NCBI GenBank assembly: GCA_951406725.2
Contig: OX597818.1
Location: 47,120,001 to 47,184,000 of the forward strand
DNA length: 64,000 nt
DNA from: Octopus vulgaris
Taxonomy: Eukaryota
Direction of reading: 5' to 3'
The notes under the pieces were generated by a model. It was not told where the DNA came from. It saw only the letters and a list, made by a program, of their open reading frames with translations, and did no database searches. Made by a program: the position numbers and the translations under genes. Shown in pieces: positions 13,014-26,580 of this stretch; the stretch's first letter is position 1, and each line of letters opens with the position of its first letter.

Positions 13014-13313
13014 CGCTCTTTTCAAGCCTAGCCAGGCTCATGGGCCCGGTTTCCCAGTTTCTGTGGCATATGTGTTGCCCCCAGCTGGACGGGACGCCAG
13101 TCTATTGCAGCGTTACTCAAGAAACAGGAAGAGAGGGTGATAGAAAGTTGTGGCAAAAGAGTACAACAGGGGTCGCCACCACTCCTTGCTGGAGCCTCGT
13201 GGAGCTTCAGGTGTTTTCGCTCAATAAACACACACAACACCCGGTCTGGGAATCGAAACCGCGATCCTCCGACCGCAAGTCCGCTGCCCTAACCACTGGG
13301 CCATTGCACCTCC
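13014..13313 (-). mobile_element. Chimeric SINE: family C head + family D (V-domain-like) tail
   Basis: 13313-13120 matches the family C 5' part. 13118-13014 matches the D tail gactggcgtcccgtccagctgggg...cccatgagcctggctagg. Confidence 0.75.
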
Positions 13314-14445
13314 ATTGGTTGGTATAGAAAAACAAAATTGTTTATTTTACTGCATCTATTCCGTGAGTTTACACCAATAAAATTTTGGTTCTTCTAGTAT
13401 TTCCTAAATTCTGAAACTGAACCAGTAAGGCCATCTGCAATATCTTCATTCTAATAGATTTTCATAAATTCTTGCTCTTGATAAAATATATCATTTGCTC
13501 TCAAAAAAATACATTGTTAGATCGTTTCTATGTTTTGTTTAAACCTCTACCAACTGTAGCAATGTTTGTTTCTTATCTAGTCATTATTAGGTTTATGTTT
13601 ACACGCATGTTTCTGGTTTAGGGCTGTGTACCTAACGGGACATGGATACAATAAGGAATTACTAGGAACAAAATATCTTGTGATTTCAATGTTAGGATGT
13701 TGAACACAAAGGATGCTTATAGAAAAACCATGTTTTTTTGAACTGGCATAACTGCAGAATGTGTTTATATACGTCTTTGTTTTTTTGCATTTCTGTTTTT
13801 AAATCATATTAACAGTAACAAGTAATAGTAATAATAATAATAATAATTAATAATTAATAATAATTAATAATAATAATAAATAATTTTATAATACAGAGAA
13901 AAATAACCCATGCAAATTTCCTTTACTAATTACCTTTCTGTCTTATCTTAACTTGATGTCTTAATTATGTGTATGATCCTCATTTAATGCTTAATTTTAA
14001 TTGTTGCTGCACAACTAAAAAATTGTTTTCAAAGTTTGTGTTTTCATGAGTATTTGATTAACTTTATGCAAAGTGATTTGGTCTATAACTTGAATGATAT
14101 TGAACTTTCTAGCGGAACTACAAACTAGACACAGCTGGCCATTTAATGCTTTGTTCAGCAGTGGTAAGTAATGTCGACAAACACTCTCTACACTGAAACT
14201 AATCACTCATTTATATCATTGCTTTCCCATTATTTTTTTGTCACAAGTCACTGAAGTTTTTTTTATTTCAAGATATTATTTTTCTATGTTTTATTGTGAG
14301 TTTATGAGTCAGTATTCAGAATCCTGCTCCAGTTTTTTATATTTTTACTGTTATGGTTGTTGTAATAATTAGTGTCAAAATCATTATTAGAGTTTTAGTT
14401 TTTCTTTTCCATTCTCTTCATTAAAATCCTTGTTTTTCATATATG

Positions 14446-14730
14446 TCATCATCATCATCGTTTAATGTCCGCTTTCCATGCTAGCATGGGTTGGACGATT
14501 TGACTGAGGTCTGGCGAACCAGATGGCTGCACCAGACTCCAATCTGATCTGGCAGGGTTTCTACAGCTGGATGCCCTTCCTAGCACCAACCACTCTGAGA
14601 GTGTAGTGGGTGCTTTTACGTGCCACCGGCACGAGGGCCAGTCAGGTGGTACTGGCAACGGCCACGCTCAAATGGTGTTTTTTTATGTGCAACCTGCACA
14701 GGAGCCAGTCCAGTGGCACTGGTAATGACA
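14446..14730 (-). mobile_element. Family F retroposon with RTE-like 3' tail ending in (GAT)n
   Basis: ggttgg..aggaagggcatccagctgtagaaa...catgctagcatggaaagcggacattaaacgatgatg. More than 10 copies in the window. Confidence 0.8.
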
Positions 14731-15298
14731 TGTCAAAATCCACAGTAATTAAATTAATTATAAAGTTCCAATCATTCCAGTTTAATAACCCCACCCCCCA
14801 CCTACTACCACCACCACTACCACAAAAAATACTACAAAATTAAAAAAATATAAATATTTACCGGTTATGTTGAGGATAAATGACAATCGAAAGGTTGATA
14901 AATATATATAGTGCATACAGCATAATTTTGATGGTTGCTCAAATTATGTTTGTTATCATTATTGAAACAGAAGCTCGTATAGGAAGGGCCAAGTAAAATT
15001 ATGAAATTGGAACAGTTTTCTTAGATAAACAAATCATACTAATTTGGCATTTATTTTTATACACCATAGTAATTATTACATGTTTATGAATATTAGGGAG
15101 TGGTAGCCAATGACCTCGTTAGGGATCTTAGCAGAAACACTGCTCTTCCAGTTGTTTTCTGGCTGTCATTATCATAAGGACACACATACATAATTACATG
15201 CAAAGCTACAGGCCTTTACAGTTATTCCAGAAGTTGTTTTTCCTTCTTCTGCACAAGTGCTCTTCATAGTCTACAATCTTCAAGACTGGCATGCACAC

Positions 15299-15561
15299 AT
15301 TAGCTTTGAAATAAGGTTGGCATCATCATCATTATCATCATCATAACTGCATTGATCGGAGGAGCCAATAAAATGTGTAGAAAATTGTGAAAGATCAAAT
15401 ATATGGCTACTCAATTGGAGTCGACTATTTTGATATTTAAACTGCAATGATTACCTCCCTTATTTTTTTCCCTAACCTTTTTTTAACTAATAAATCTGAC
15501 CTTGTTTTCAAATGAAACCCTTTCAAAGCATTTTTTGGTTTCACATTTGTGAAATCTGTGT
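15299..15561. repeat. ~260-bp segment duplicated at 18455-18713
   Basis: Near-identical direct copy (attagctttgaaataagg...gtgaaatctgtgt). Confidence 0.9.
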
Positions 15562-16228
15562 CCACCTTTTTCTCTAAAATCCTTTATTTTCTCTAAAATC
15601 CTTTGTTTTCTCGCTAATTCACTTATAAATTGCACTATTTGATTGCATGATCTTAAACTCTTGTCTTGTATAATCATGTTTATAATCAACCTGAATTTTT
15701 TTTTCTATTCTTCCTATCTTCATCAATATACTGAGTTTGAAAAGCTCAAATCAAGCATGTTATTGGAAATTTAAACAAACAGCTTTATGGTTTATACACT
15801 TATTGTAATCAGTTTATAATTACTTACAGTTTTGTAGATTTAGTCTTATATATTCCAATGATTTATTGTTGTTTTATAAAATCCATTTTGTTCTTCACTG
15901 CCATTTTTCACTGTATTCACTGTATTTGTTATTCTTTGCATTTTTTTTTGGTTAATTTGCACAATTTTATGTCATAAAAGTCTTCCTATATCTATCCTTC
16001 ATTAAAACGAATTCCATTAATATTTATTAATAAAAATGATAACAATATATATTACCATTATGGTAATGTACATTGCTTTTATGTAATAATAATTATGGAA
16101 GTATAACTTTGCCCTCTTGCCATTGTTGCAGACAATGGCATTATAATTGTATATGTATAGTTAGTCTGTTTTAGCCATCACTACTAAACCCATATCAGAG
16201 CATGTGTGTGTGTGTGTGTATACACACA

Positions 16229-16765
16229 CATCATCATCATGTTCATCATCATTTAATATCTGTTGTCCATCTTGGCATGGGTTGCACAGTTTGACCAGAG
16301 CTGGCAAGCTGGAAGCCTGCACCGGTCTGATTTGGCATGGTTTCTATGGCTGGATGCCTTTCCTAACGCCAACCACCCCAAGAGTGTAATGGATGCTTTT
16401 ACGTGCCACCAGCACAGGTGCCATTTGTGTGACACCAGTATCTGCTGTGACTAGGATTTTACTTGGTTTGATAGGTCTTCCCAAGAATGGCATAATGCCA
16501 AAGGTCTCTGTCATTCGTCATTGCTTCCATGTGGCCCAGCACATGAAAGGTGCTTTTCACGTGCCACCAGCATTGACCACCTTGCCTCTGTGAGGCCCAA
16601 CGTTTAAAAGGTGTTTTTGATGTGCCTTCGGGATGGGTGCCAGTTATGTGACACCATCATCGGCCACGCTTATGATTTCACTTGGTTTGACAGGTCTTCT
16701 CAAGCACAGCATATAGTCAAAGGTCTCGGTCACTATTCATTGTTTCCATGAGACCCAAAGTTTGA
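16229..16765 (-). mobile_element. Family F retroposon with internal duplication
   Basis: (CAT)n plus ctggatgcctttcctaacgccaaccac; repeated aggtcttc..aag...aaaggtctc blocks. Confidence 0.7.
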
Positions 16766-17349
16766 AAAGAAAGAGAGAGAGAGGGAATGGAATCTTACAT
16801 TGGAACAGACATCATCTTTCAGAAAGAAGTTGGAATATAGCCTGGATAGAAGAGAGAGCTCAGAGATAAAGCATGAAAGACTTGTCTCTCATTTGGAGAT
16901 GGTTCAAAGATCAAGACTGAACGGAAAACTATGAACATTTGTGTAGTCAACAATGGAATGTGTTAAAGATTAATAATAAACACACACACACATGCGCGCG
17001 CGCTCGCGCACACACACACAGGAAGTAAAAATAGGTAGCTAAATCTTAATGTTAATGATCATTAAACAGGCAAGTAATTAGATATGATAGTGTCATATCC
17101 TATGTCTAAATTTCATCAAGGTATATCCCAGACTTTAACTAGGATAAATTATAGAAACGCAGTTGCTTTCCTATGAATTAGCATGCCTCTAATTAGTGTA
17201 TTTGTACTGAATTAAGAATATATATATCATCATCATATGTCCAAGTTTCATATATATGTATAAATTGAAGATATAATCATTAAAATGATCATATTAGTGG
17301 CTAGCGGTTAAATACCATCATATCGGTAAAATTCACTTTTAAGTATACA

Positions 17350-17511
17350 GGCGCAAGCACGGCTGTGTGGTAAGAAGCTTGCTTCCCAACCCAGGGTTCC
17401 GGGTTCAGTCCCACTGCAAGGCTCCTTGGGTGAGTGTCTTCTGCTATAGCCTTGGGCTAACCAAAGCCTTGTGAGTGGATTTGGTAGACGGAAACTGAAA
17501 GAAGCCTGTCG
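17350..17511 (+). mobile_element. SINE family A 5' half
   Basis: Matches 6662-6822. Confidence 0.8.
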
Positions 17512-18201
17512 TATATATATATATATATATATATATATTAAGGTATGTAGAAAAATACAACATGGACAAGAACGTATAACTCTTAGAAGACGACACAATA
17601 AACACGGACAGGACATTCGAAACCCTCAGTCTTCAGTCAAGAACCGGATCATCGTAGTAATTTCGGCTGATTAATCTTGAGATTACTAGATCACGGCCAG
17701 CCCTCCAAGAAAAACCAAGCAACGAGCATTAGAAAAACTAAGCTGGAAGCGTAGATTTCCTGGAAGAAGGATCGAATGCATACGAACACCAGGACAGCAA
17801 AAGGGACAGATATAAAAAAACAAAAAACAATAATGGAATACAGAAACATGAAATACAGAAGCATTAACGGTGAAAACAACAGTGTCTTACGACTGATAAC
17901 AAGCAAACAAATTTTTTCTCTGGCGCAATGGAAAAAGCCTTTATAGTGGCGGACGAAAACAGCGATGTTAACAGAACGAGGGTCAGAGGCTGAAAGGCAG
18001 ATTTCGGCCAACAGTCACGTGACAGAGAAGAGGGAAAAAGAAAAGAAAGAGAAGCAAAGGAAGAGAGAGAGAGAGGAGGGACAAACGCAACAAAGAGAGA
18101 GAAGAGAGAGAAAGAAGGAATCAGAGAGGAGAAGGGATGGGTGTCGAAGAATGACCTGTGAGTGCAGAGCGAGACAAAGAAATAGATATATATATATATA
18201 C

Positions 18202-19238
<1,037 letters not shown>

Positions 19239-19373
19239 ATATATATATATATTAATATATTAATGCCCAATGAAAGTGCACATATATATTGAATGTTCTG
19301 TTGGATGATAGGTGATGTTCCTCTAGTTTTCCGCTGGTATTGCTTCCATTGAAATCATATATATACATATATG

Positions 19374-19759
19374 TGGAAGCACTCCGTCGGTTACGACGAC
19401 GAGGGTTCCGGTTGATCCAAATCAACGGAACAGCCTGCTCGTGAAATTAACGTGTAAGTGGCTGAGCACTCCACCGACACGTGTACCCTTAACGTAGTTC
19501 TCAGGGATATTCAGTGTGACACAGAGAGTGACAAGGCCGGCCCTTTGAAATACAGGTACAACAGAAACAGGAAGTAAGAGTGAGAGAAAGTTGTGGTGAA
19601 AGAGTACAGCAGGGATCACCACCATCCCCTGCCGGAGCCTCGTGGAACTTTTAGGTGTTTTCGCTCAATAAACACTCACAACGCCCGGTCTGGGAATCGA
19701 AACCGCGATCCTATGACCGCGAGTCTGCTGCCCTAACCACTGGGCCATTGCGCCTCCAC
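19374..19759 (-). mobile_element. Full-length SINE family C (tRNA-derived)
   Basis: Minus strand tggaggcgcaatggcccagtggttagggc...gtttcgattccc A/B boxes. Near-identical copy at 63687-64000. Confidence 0.85.
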
Positions 19760-20711
19760 ATATACATATATATATATATACATGTATATATATGAAAAAA
19801 TGAGATGGCTTTTGGGGGCTAATTTTTATTTTAATGACAACGCTTCCAGTTACTCTAATGAGTTTCAGCTTCTGGATAGCTGTTTTCAAAGTGAAATTCT
19901 GTGGTCTAGAAGGTTGTTTATATAGCAACAGATTTTTTTCTTATAGGTATACAAACAAGAAATAAAAATAGGAAATAAAAGATAGAAAAAAAAATCAAAA
20001 ATAGAGAATATAAAAAAGAATATAAAGTAAAAAAAATAAAAGAATACAAAAGTACATACCACAGCATGTGGGGAAAAAAGAAGAAAGAAGAAAAGGAAAG
20101 GAAGGAGAAAAGAAAGGTGGAATATAAGAAGACAAAAAGTAGTTGAAAATGGTAGGAGTAGTCAAAAGACATTGTTGAGTTCTTGTCAAAAGATGATCTT
20201 TGTGAATCTTTTGATTTGAGGTCATTATATTTTTCACATGATATGGTGTGCCCTTATTTCTTCACACACACACACGCACACACACACACACATCTACATA
20301 TGCATGGATACATACATCCACACACACAAATACACCCCATCCCCAAACACATACACATTCACATTCATACACGTCTCCATGTGTATAGATATACATAGAT
20401 ATCCATACATACACACACACATACACATATATTTTTATATACATATATTTTTCATACACACCCATATACACATATATATACATATATGTACACACACATA
20501 CATGTATATACACTCACACATACATATATACACACACACACACATCATCATCATTTAACATCCGATTGGCCACAATTGCTTGGTGCTTTTTGTGGCCACC
20601 AACACAGAAGCCAGTCAAGGCCGCACTGGCATCGGCCATGTTTAGATGGTGCTTTTTACATGCCATTGGCATGAGTATCACAACTACAAATATATATATA
20701 TATATATATAA

Positions 20712-21035
20712 AGGATGAAAGGCAAAGTTGACCGTATATATATAAGCATGAAAGGCAAAGTCGACCTTGGCGGAATTTGAACTCAGAACGTAGCGGCAGA
20801 CTGAGTTCAAATTCCGCCGAGGCCAACTTTGCCTTTCATCCTTTCGGGGTCGATAAATTAAGTACCAGTTACGCACTGGGGTCGATGTAATTGACTTAAT
20901 CCCTTTGTCTGTCCTTGTTTGTCCCTTCTTTGTTTAGCCCCTTGTGAGCAGTAAAGAAATAAGAAACGTTAACACGCTGGGCGAACTGCTTCGCGGTATT
21001 TTGTCGGCATGTTAACGTTTCTGCCAGCTCGCTGC
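20712..21035. mobile_element. Rearranged SINE family B with fold-back inversion
   Basis: Inverted arms ~20747-20786 / 20800-20840; head fragment placed after the tail. Confidence 0.7.
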
Positions 21036-21533
21036 TTTGGTTGTGGGTTAGATATATAATAGCTATTTGAACAATTTGGTTAAGGCAAAAAATAAAATAA
21101 AAAGTAAGAAATTTAATTAGAAAAAACAGTTGTTATAGAACTAAATTTTAACAATTGATTATAATTTATTATCTATTGATTTGGTATGCATTTTACTTAT
21201 TATTATAAGTAGGCAGTATACCTAAAACAACACCAGGTCAGGAGTAGGACTGGTCTGGACACTAAGATTTATACTATTGATCAGTTAATTTTCAAAAACA
21301 AAAGGCTGGCCATTAAGAAATCGTTAATTACTGGAGTAAAAAGGTAAACAATAGATATATGCTGTAAGGGGCCTTATGTCTCTTATATCAGTGCATGTTA
21401 GAATTGTATAAATGATAATTGATGTAAATCAATTGTATCTCCATTTTCTGCTTTCCTTGAATATTGATAAACTTTACTTTATTTTTGTCATTACCTATCA
21501 TTTATGAGCATTGATACCAATAAAAATAAATAG

Positions 21534-21782
21534 ATGCGCTCTTTTAAAGCCTAGCCAGGCTCATAGGCCTGGTTTCCCAGTTTCTATGGCATATGTGTTC
21601 CCTAGCTGGATGGGACGCCAGTCCATCACAGCGTTACTCATTTTAGCCAGCTGAGTGGACTGGAGCAACGTGAAATGAAGTGTTTTGCTCAAGAACACAA
21701 TGCGTCACCTGATCCAGGAATCGAAACCACAATCTTACGATCGTGGTGCTGACACCCTAACCACTAAGCCACGTGCCTCCAC
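21534..21782 (-). mobile_element. SINE family D (tRNA head, CORE-like + V-domain-like)
   Basis: Reverse complement of 54625-54865 and 58763-59010. Confidence 0.85.
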
Positions 21783-22479
21783 ATTAATACCAATACTCAT
21801 GGTTAAATATAGGTAATACACCAGTGGATTCATTGGATGCAAGTATCCCTTAGACAGCTGTTATAACCTCTAACTTAACTCACACACACACATATTATAT
21901 ATATCAGTATTAGTCCAACCCATGCCAGCATGGAGAGCAGACATTAAATGATAAAAAGTATTAATGAATCCTGGTTCTTGGGAGGGCTGTGGTTTAAACT
22001 ATTTTCCAAAGATAGACAAAGGATATTTCACAAATTACATGTGTAAAGATTATTAATAATAAGGTTTATCTCCTGATTTTTTTTTCTTCTCTTTGTATAA
22101 CAACTTTCTTATTGATCTTTAAATAAAAATATGACTGTTTCTCTGGGTAAAATTAATAATTGTTTTTCCTTACAGTATTTTAGTAATGCGTTGTAATTTT
22201 TCTTTTCCTTTGTCTTTTTATTTACTATTTTTTAACTACATCTTCAGTTAGATCCATGTCAAACATGAAAAATAGATTATAGTGTTGTATATATATATAT
22301 ATATTTTAAAAATTTTATTTAATTTTATTTGTTAGGGAATAAAAATTCCGGTATAACGGGTTCAAATTATTCTCAATGAAGAAATATATATTTTCATTTA
22401 GAGATAGTAGGCCCCTTCATGTCACCATATAAAAAATTATTTTTTATATGGTGAGATGGAGGGGCCTACTATCTCTAAA

Positions 22480-22514
<35 letters not shown>

Positions 22515-22516
<2 letters not shown>

Positions 22517-22710
22517 GGAGAATTCAGAAAAAAACAAAAGACGAAGATAGGTGGTGTAGACAACAAACAGATGTGTTAGTATAATGTTCAGGAAGTGAGA
22601 GAGTCTTTAACATTTTGAGCCTATGCTCTTCATCAGAAAGGAACACAGAAAGAAACAAGGAGAGAAAATAAAGAATGTGTAGTGGCTAGCGATCTATCAT
22701 GGTAAATGAT
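22515..22710 (-). mobile_element. Penelope-like terminal fragment with degenerate hammerhead motif; copies at 39805-39990 and 46590-46780
   Basis: Three similar copies, two next to (TA)n. Minus strand CTTT-CTGATGA-A-GAGCATAGGCTC-AAAAT-GTT-AAAG. Confidence 0.55.
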
Positions 22711-23628
22711 ATATATATACATATACATATATATATATGATATAATGATATGTATTCACATGATAAAACAGAATCCAGAGAGATTGGTGTTGGTTTGCAT
22801 CAGCTAGACTTGTATTATTTAGTAAAATCCATAAAAATAATTCAGTGAACTTGTTGGGAGAGAAAAATCCAGTGTTTCAGTCAGAGTCCTTGGTAGGAAA
22901 GAAATTAATAAGAGACAGCAGAGTTTTACATCCTCTAAGTTAGAAAAAAAGAGTTGGCTGCAACTGATGAGGAGCACAAGACTGTGGGAGTTTCACATGT
23001 GAACAGGAAATGATAGTAGAGAGAAACAGGGTGCGAGGGGATAAATGGTAAGAGGAATGGAACGATGAGGAGGAACAGGCAAAGTTGGGAGTGAGATGAA
23101 GGGAAAAAATATGAGATGAAGGGAAAAAAATAAGGTGATAGGGAAGTTGAAGGATAAGAAAAGGTTTAATGAACTACGAAAGGGTGTAAAAGTGCAAGGA
23201 AATATATTAATTTAAATCTGTTGGTGACTGAGTTCAGATATGAAGTGTTGTTCCTTCCATTTCCTTGAGATCGTGAACCTGTGGTGTGCAGAGATTTTGC
23301 ACACTGATAAGTGAGTGATTGAATGACTTTTGGTGTTGAAGTGGGTGGCAAAAGATTGGCTTGGTATACACATTTGTATACTTCAAATATCCTCCTGAAA
23401 GTGATTGATACTAGGAACAGGTATTAAGCTAAAAAAAATCCCCAATAAATCAAAAAGATTTATAGAACCATTTTACTTATCTTAATACGGAATCTAATCA
23501 TAAATAATTTGAAAATTTTCAAAATGAATTGTGTTTTGCTAAACATCCGTTTTACATTTTCTAAATGTCTTCTTAAAACATGTTATTTAATTATTATTAC
23601 AATAATTAATTTGTTATCTCTCCAATAG

Positions 23629-23705
23629 GTTGACAGCAATTTATCTATACCTCACTTTTGTTTTCCTGATGCTGAAATTTATCAGTCACAAGAAGAAATG
23701 AGCAC
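23629..23705 (+). CDS. DENND2: DENND2-family exon (VDSNLSIPHFCFPDAEIYQSQEEMST)
   Basis: AG/GTAAGT, phase 0->2. IPxFCFPD uDENN motif. Confidence 0.93.
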
Positions 23706-23711
23706 GTAAGT

Positions 23712-23940
23712 TTAACCCTTTAGCATTTAAACTGGCCATATCCGGCCAAAAATATTCTACCTGTTTTATTTTCAAACTGGCCAGATCTGGTCTCTCACAC
23801 CAACCCTACAATATCGTTTTAAAAATTAACAGCTACCTCATCAAAATCTCATAGCTACAAGATAATGCATGATTAATTCAAAACAATGTGGATGAAAAAG
23901 TATTAATTTTGGCAGAATAATGCAAACACTAAAGGGTTAA
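23712..23940. mobile_element. piggyBac-like MITE family G2 directly after the splice donor
   Basis: TTAA-CCCTTTAG...CTAAAGGG-TTAA. Confidence 0.85.
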
Positions 23941-24342
23941 AGTAGATTTTTGCCCTTCTCTGTTAGGATTTGTAAAACATTGTTGTATTAAAGTAATATT
24001 TGTTTCTGCATGTATTATGTATCCTATTGTGAATACATAAAAGTATGTATGTATGTATGTGTGTGTGTATAAGAAAGAGAGAGAGAGAGAAAGAGACATA
24101 TAAATGAACAACAAATATACATTATTAAGTACATGGGAATAAATTGGAGAAGTTATATCATGTTTGCTCATCTAAAGATGATATGCTCCTTGTCCTTGCT
24201 TCTTAGATATTTATTTACATTAGTAAGTCTAAATTTGGAGATGAGACAATTTTGGCTATAAATTTGACCGAAGTCACCAACAAAGTGTTTTTTTATAAAC
24301 AAATAGAAAAGTATCCGAGAAGGCTTAATCTACCTGTTTTAT

Positions 24343-24343
<1 letters not shown>

Positions 24344-24394
<51 letters not shown>

Positions 24395-24497
24395 TAATAA
24401 TAATAATAATGATGATGATAATAATAATAATAATAATGATGATAATGATGGTAGTGGTGGTGGTGGCAGTGGCTGCTGCTGCTGTTGTTGTTGTTGC
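24344..24497. repeat. Compound trinucleotide microsatellite (TAA)(GAT)(GGT)(GCT)(GTT)
   Basis: Directly visible. Confidence 0.95.
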
Positions 24498-24828
24498 CTT
24501 GATGCAGTACCAGGCAGTGGCTCTCATGGTAACTGGTTGGAAGTATTATCATGTACATGGGCTACAGCAAATATTCTGCTCAATACCACAGATTTGCCTG
24601 TCAGTCGTTTGACCTTAATCAGTTGAGCATGTCCTTTAGTAGCTGACAATATGTGCATCTCTGATCATGAGCAGAAGTAGTTTTGAATTTTCTGCAGAAA
24701 GTGGTTTATATTTGTGGTGGGGAGAGTGGGGGGTGCTAGGAATGTGGCCCAAGTGCCAAGCTTGAAAAAGTTTGGTAACTACTGCTCTAATTGATGTTGT
24801 CTGCTCCTCTGACCTACAAATAATTAAG

Positions 24829-25140
24829 AAGGAAGGCGAAAAAATAGACATAGACAATCCTCTTAAATATGAGATAATTCAACTGTGGAAAACGAAAAAA
24901 GCAAAAATAGTGCCAATTAGTTTTGAGTCCTTGGGGACAGTATCAGAAGGTGTCAAGAGGAATATAAAGGAAATGGGAATGGAGTGCCCAGTAATGCTGT
25001 TGCTAAAAGCTTGCCTCCTTGGTACGGCTAGAATCATCAGGAAAGTATTAAATAGAAAAAAGCATGGTACTGTAGATTGCAGGTTGCAAGCCCACTATAC
25101 ATGTATACTCCAGGAGTTCCAACACAACTTGAGTTAAAAA
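24829..25140 (+). mobile_element. R4/Dong-clade LINE 3' fragment
   Basis: LKYEIIQLWKTKKAKIVPISFESLGTV...LLKACLLGTARIIRKVL is the typical R4/Dong C-terminus; A-rich tail. Confidence 0.75.
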
Positions 25141-25524
25141 AAAAATAACAGTGATAATGAGAGTGTTGTATATATTGCTCAAGCGTGCTACAACTCGTAG
25201 GAGAAAGTTAATAAAAGAGGGGTCACACGGAGCAAACTAGTCAAGTAAAGAAAGACAACAACAGAAGACGGATGTGCAAGAACAGCACACAAAATTAAAC
25301 ACAAACATACAGAAAAGTAAATGTTGAAAGAGCCATAAAGAATAAGTGTCCATAGGCATTTCAGGAGAAGTGTTGGTAAATTTCAGAGTTGGTGAATACA
25401 TGACTAATTTTTGTCCTAGCACCAAAAAGAAAAACTGAAAAATTTTCAAATGTGAAAAGCTAGGCTAAAATTGTTGCTGTTGATGTGGATCATGATCTGA
25501 AATGTTGATTAAACTTTACTATAT

Positions 25525-25745
25525 GTTTCTTTATTACCCACAAGGGGCTAAACATAGAGGGGGCAAATAAGGACAGACAAAGGGATTAAGTCGATTACAG
25601 TGCGTAACTGGCACTTAATTTATTGACCCTGAAAGGATGAAAGGCAAAGTCAACCTTGGTGGAATTTGAACTCAGAACGTAACAGCAGATGAAATACGGC
25701 TACACATTTTGCCTGGTGTGCTAACGTTTCTGCCAGGTCGCCGGC
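25525..25745 (-). mobile_element. SINE family B
   Basis: Reverse complement of 1152-1384. Confidence 0.8.
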
Positions 25746-25850
25746 TTATGTTGATTAAACTTTACTTTAACTAAGAGATGGACTTAGGAGTTAGGGAACA
25801 TATCAACTCTGGTGATAGGAGGCTGGATCTGTTTATTTAAATAGTTATCA

Positions 25851-26079
25851 TTAACCCTTTCATTACCAACCCAGCCAAAACCAGCCTTGGCTCTGTAGTA
25901 CAAATGTCTTGTTTTCATAAGTTTTGCATTAAAATATACCACCAAACCTTAGTCGCAATTTATATTCCTAACACTAGCTTAATGATAACTAAGTTATTTT
26001 GTTAAATTCTTTGTTATATTTAAAGTAATTGAAAGAAACACTGAGCATCTCAAAATAAATACAGTAACGAAAGGGTTAA
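25851..26079. mobile_element. piggyBac-like MITE family G1
   Basis: TTAA-CCCTTTCATTAC...GTAACGAAAGGG-TTAA. Confidence 0.85.
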
Positions 26080-26159
26080 ACCAAGATTATTAAAATTTTT
26101 GTAATTCCTCATTGACATTTTATGTAATGTGTATCAATTGCATAATTTATATTTTCTAG

Positions 26160-26229
26160 CAATCCCTACTGGTTTGTTCTGACTAACTTTGATGGCGCTA
26201 GGGTTTTTGGTTATTGCAGAAGAGTGTGG
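26160..26229 (+). CDS. DENND2: DENND2-family exon (NPYWFVLTNFDGARVFGYCRRVW)
   Basis: AG/GTAAGT, phase 2->0. FVLTxxDGxRxFGYCRR uDENN signature. Confidence 0.95.
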
Positions 26230-26430
26230 GTAAGTAAAGACTTCTATAAGTAAGAGCATAAGCATTGTTTTTGTCATATATATCTTTAAAAAATAAAATG
26301 GTAGAATAATCGAATCAGGCAGGTTTCATGAAGTCATTGGACATTTAGACAACAAGTATATAATATAATATAATATAATGTATGCATGCATTTTTAAAAA
26401 CTTTTTTCCTCTTTCTGTTTGTCACTTTAG

Positions 26431-26505
26431 CCTTATGGTCCGAAACTGACGCCAGAAGTCATATGTATTATCACCCCCATTGAAGCTGTCAATATGTACA
26501 ATAGT
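26431..26505 (+). CDS. DENND2: DENND2-family exon (PYGPKLTPEVICIITPIEAVNMYNS)
   Basis: Pyrimidine tract + AG, GTAAGT, 75 bp, phase 0->0. PEVxCII start of cDENN. Confidence 0.92.
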
Positions 26506-26547
26506 GTAAGTAAATACTCTACTCTTGCCTCCTAAAATAATTATATC

Positions 26548-26577
<30 letters not shown>

Positions 26578-26580
<3 letters not shown>

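Noticed and set aside
17605-17645. CTGAAGA...GAAT-GTC on the minus strand
   Set aside because: GAAA box absent and stems unconvincing.
19690-19759. tRNA genes at SINE heads (also 54625, 58763, 6662)
   Set aside because: They have A/B boxes but no closing acceptor stem, and they continue into repeated SINE bodies.
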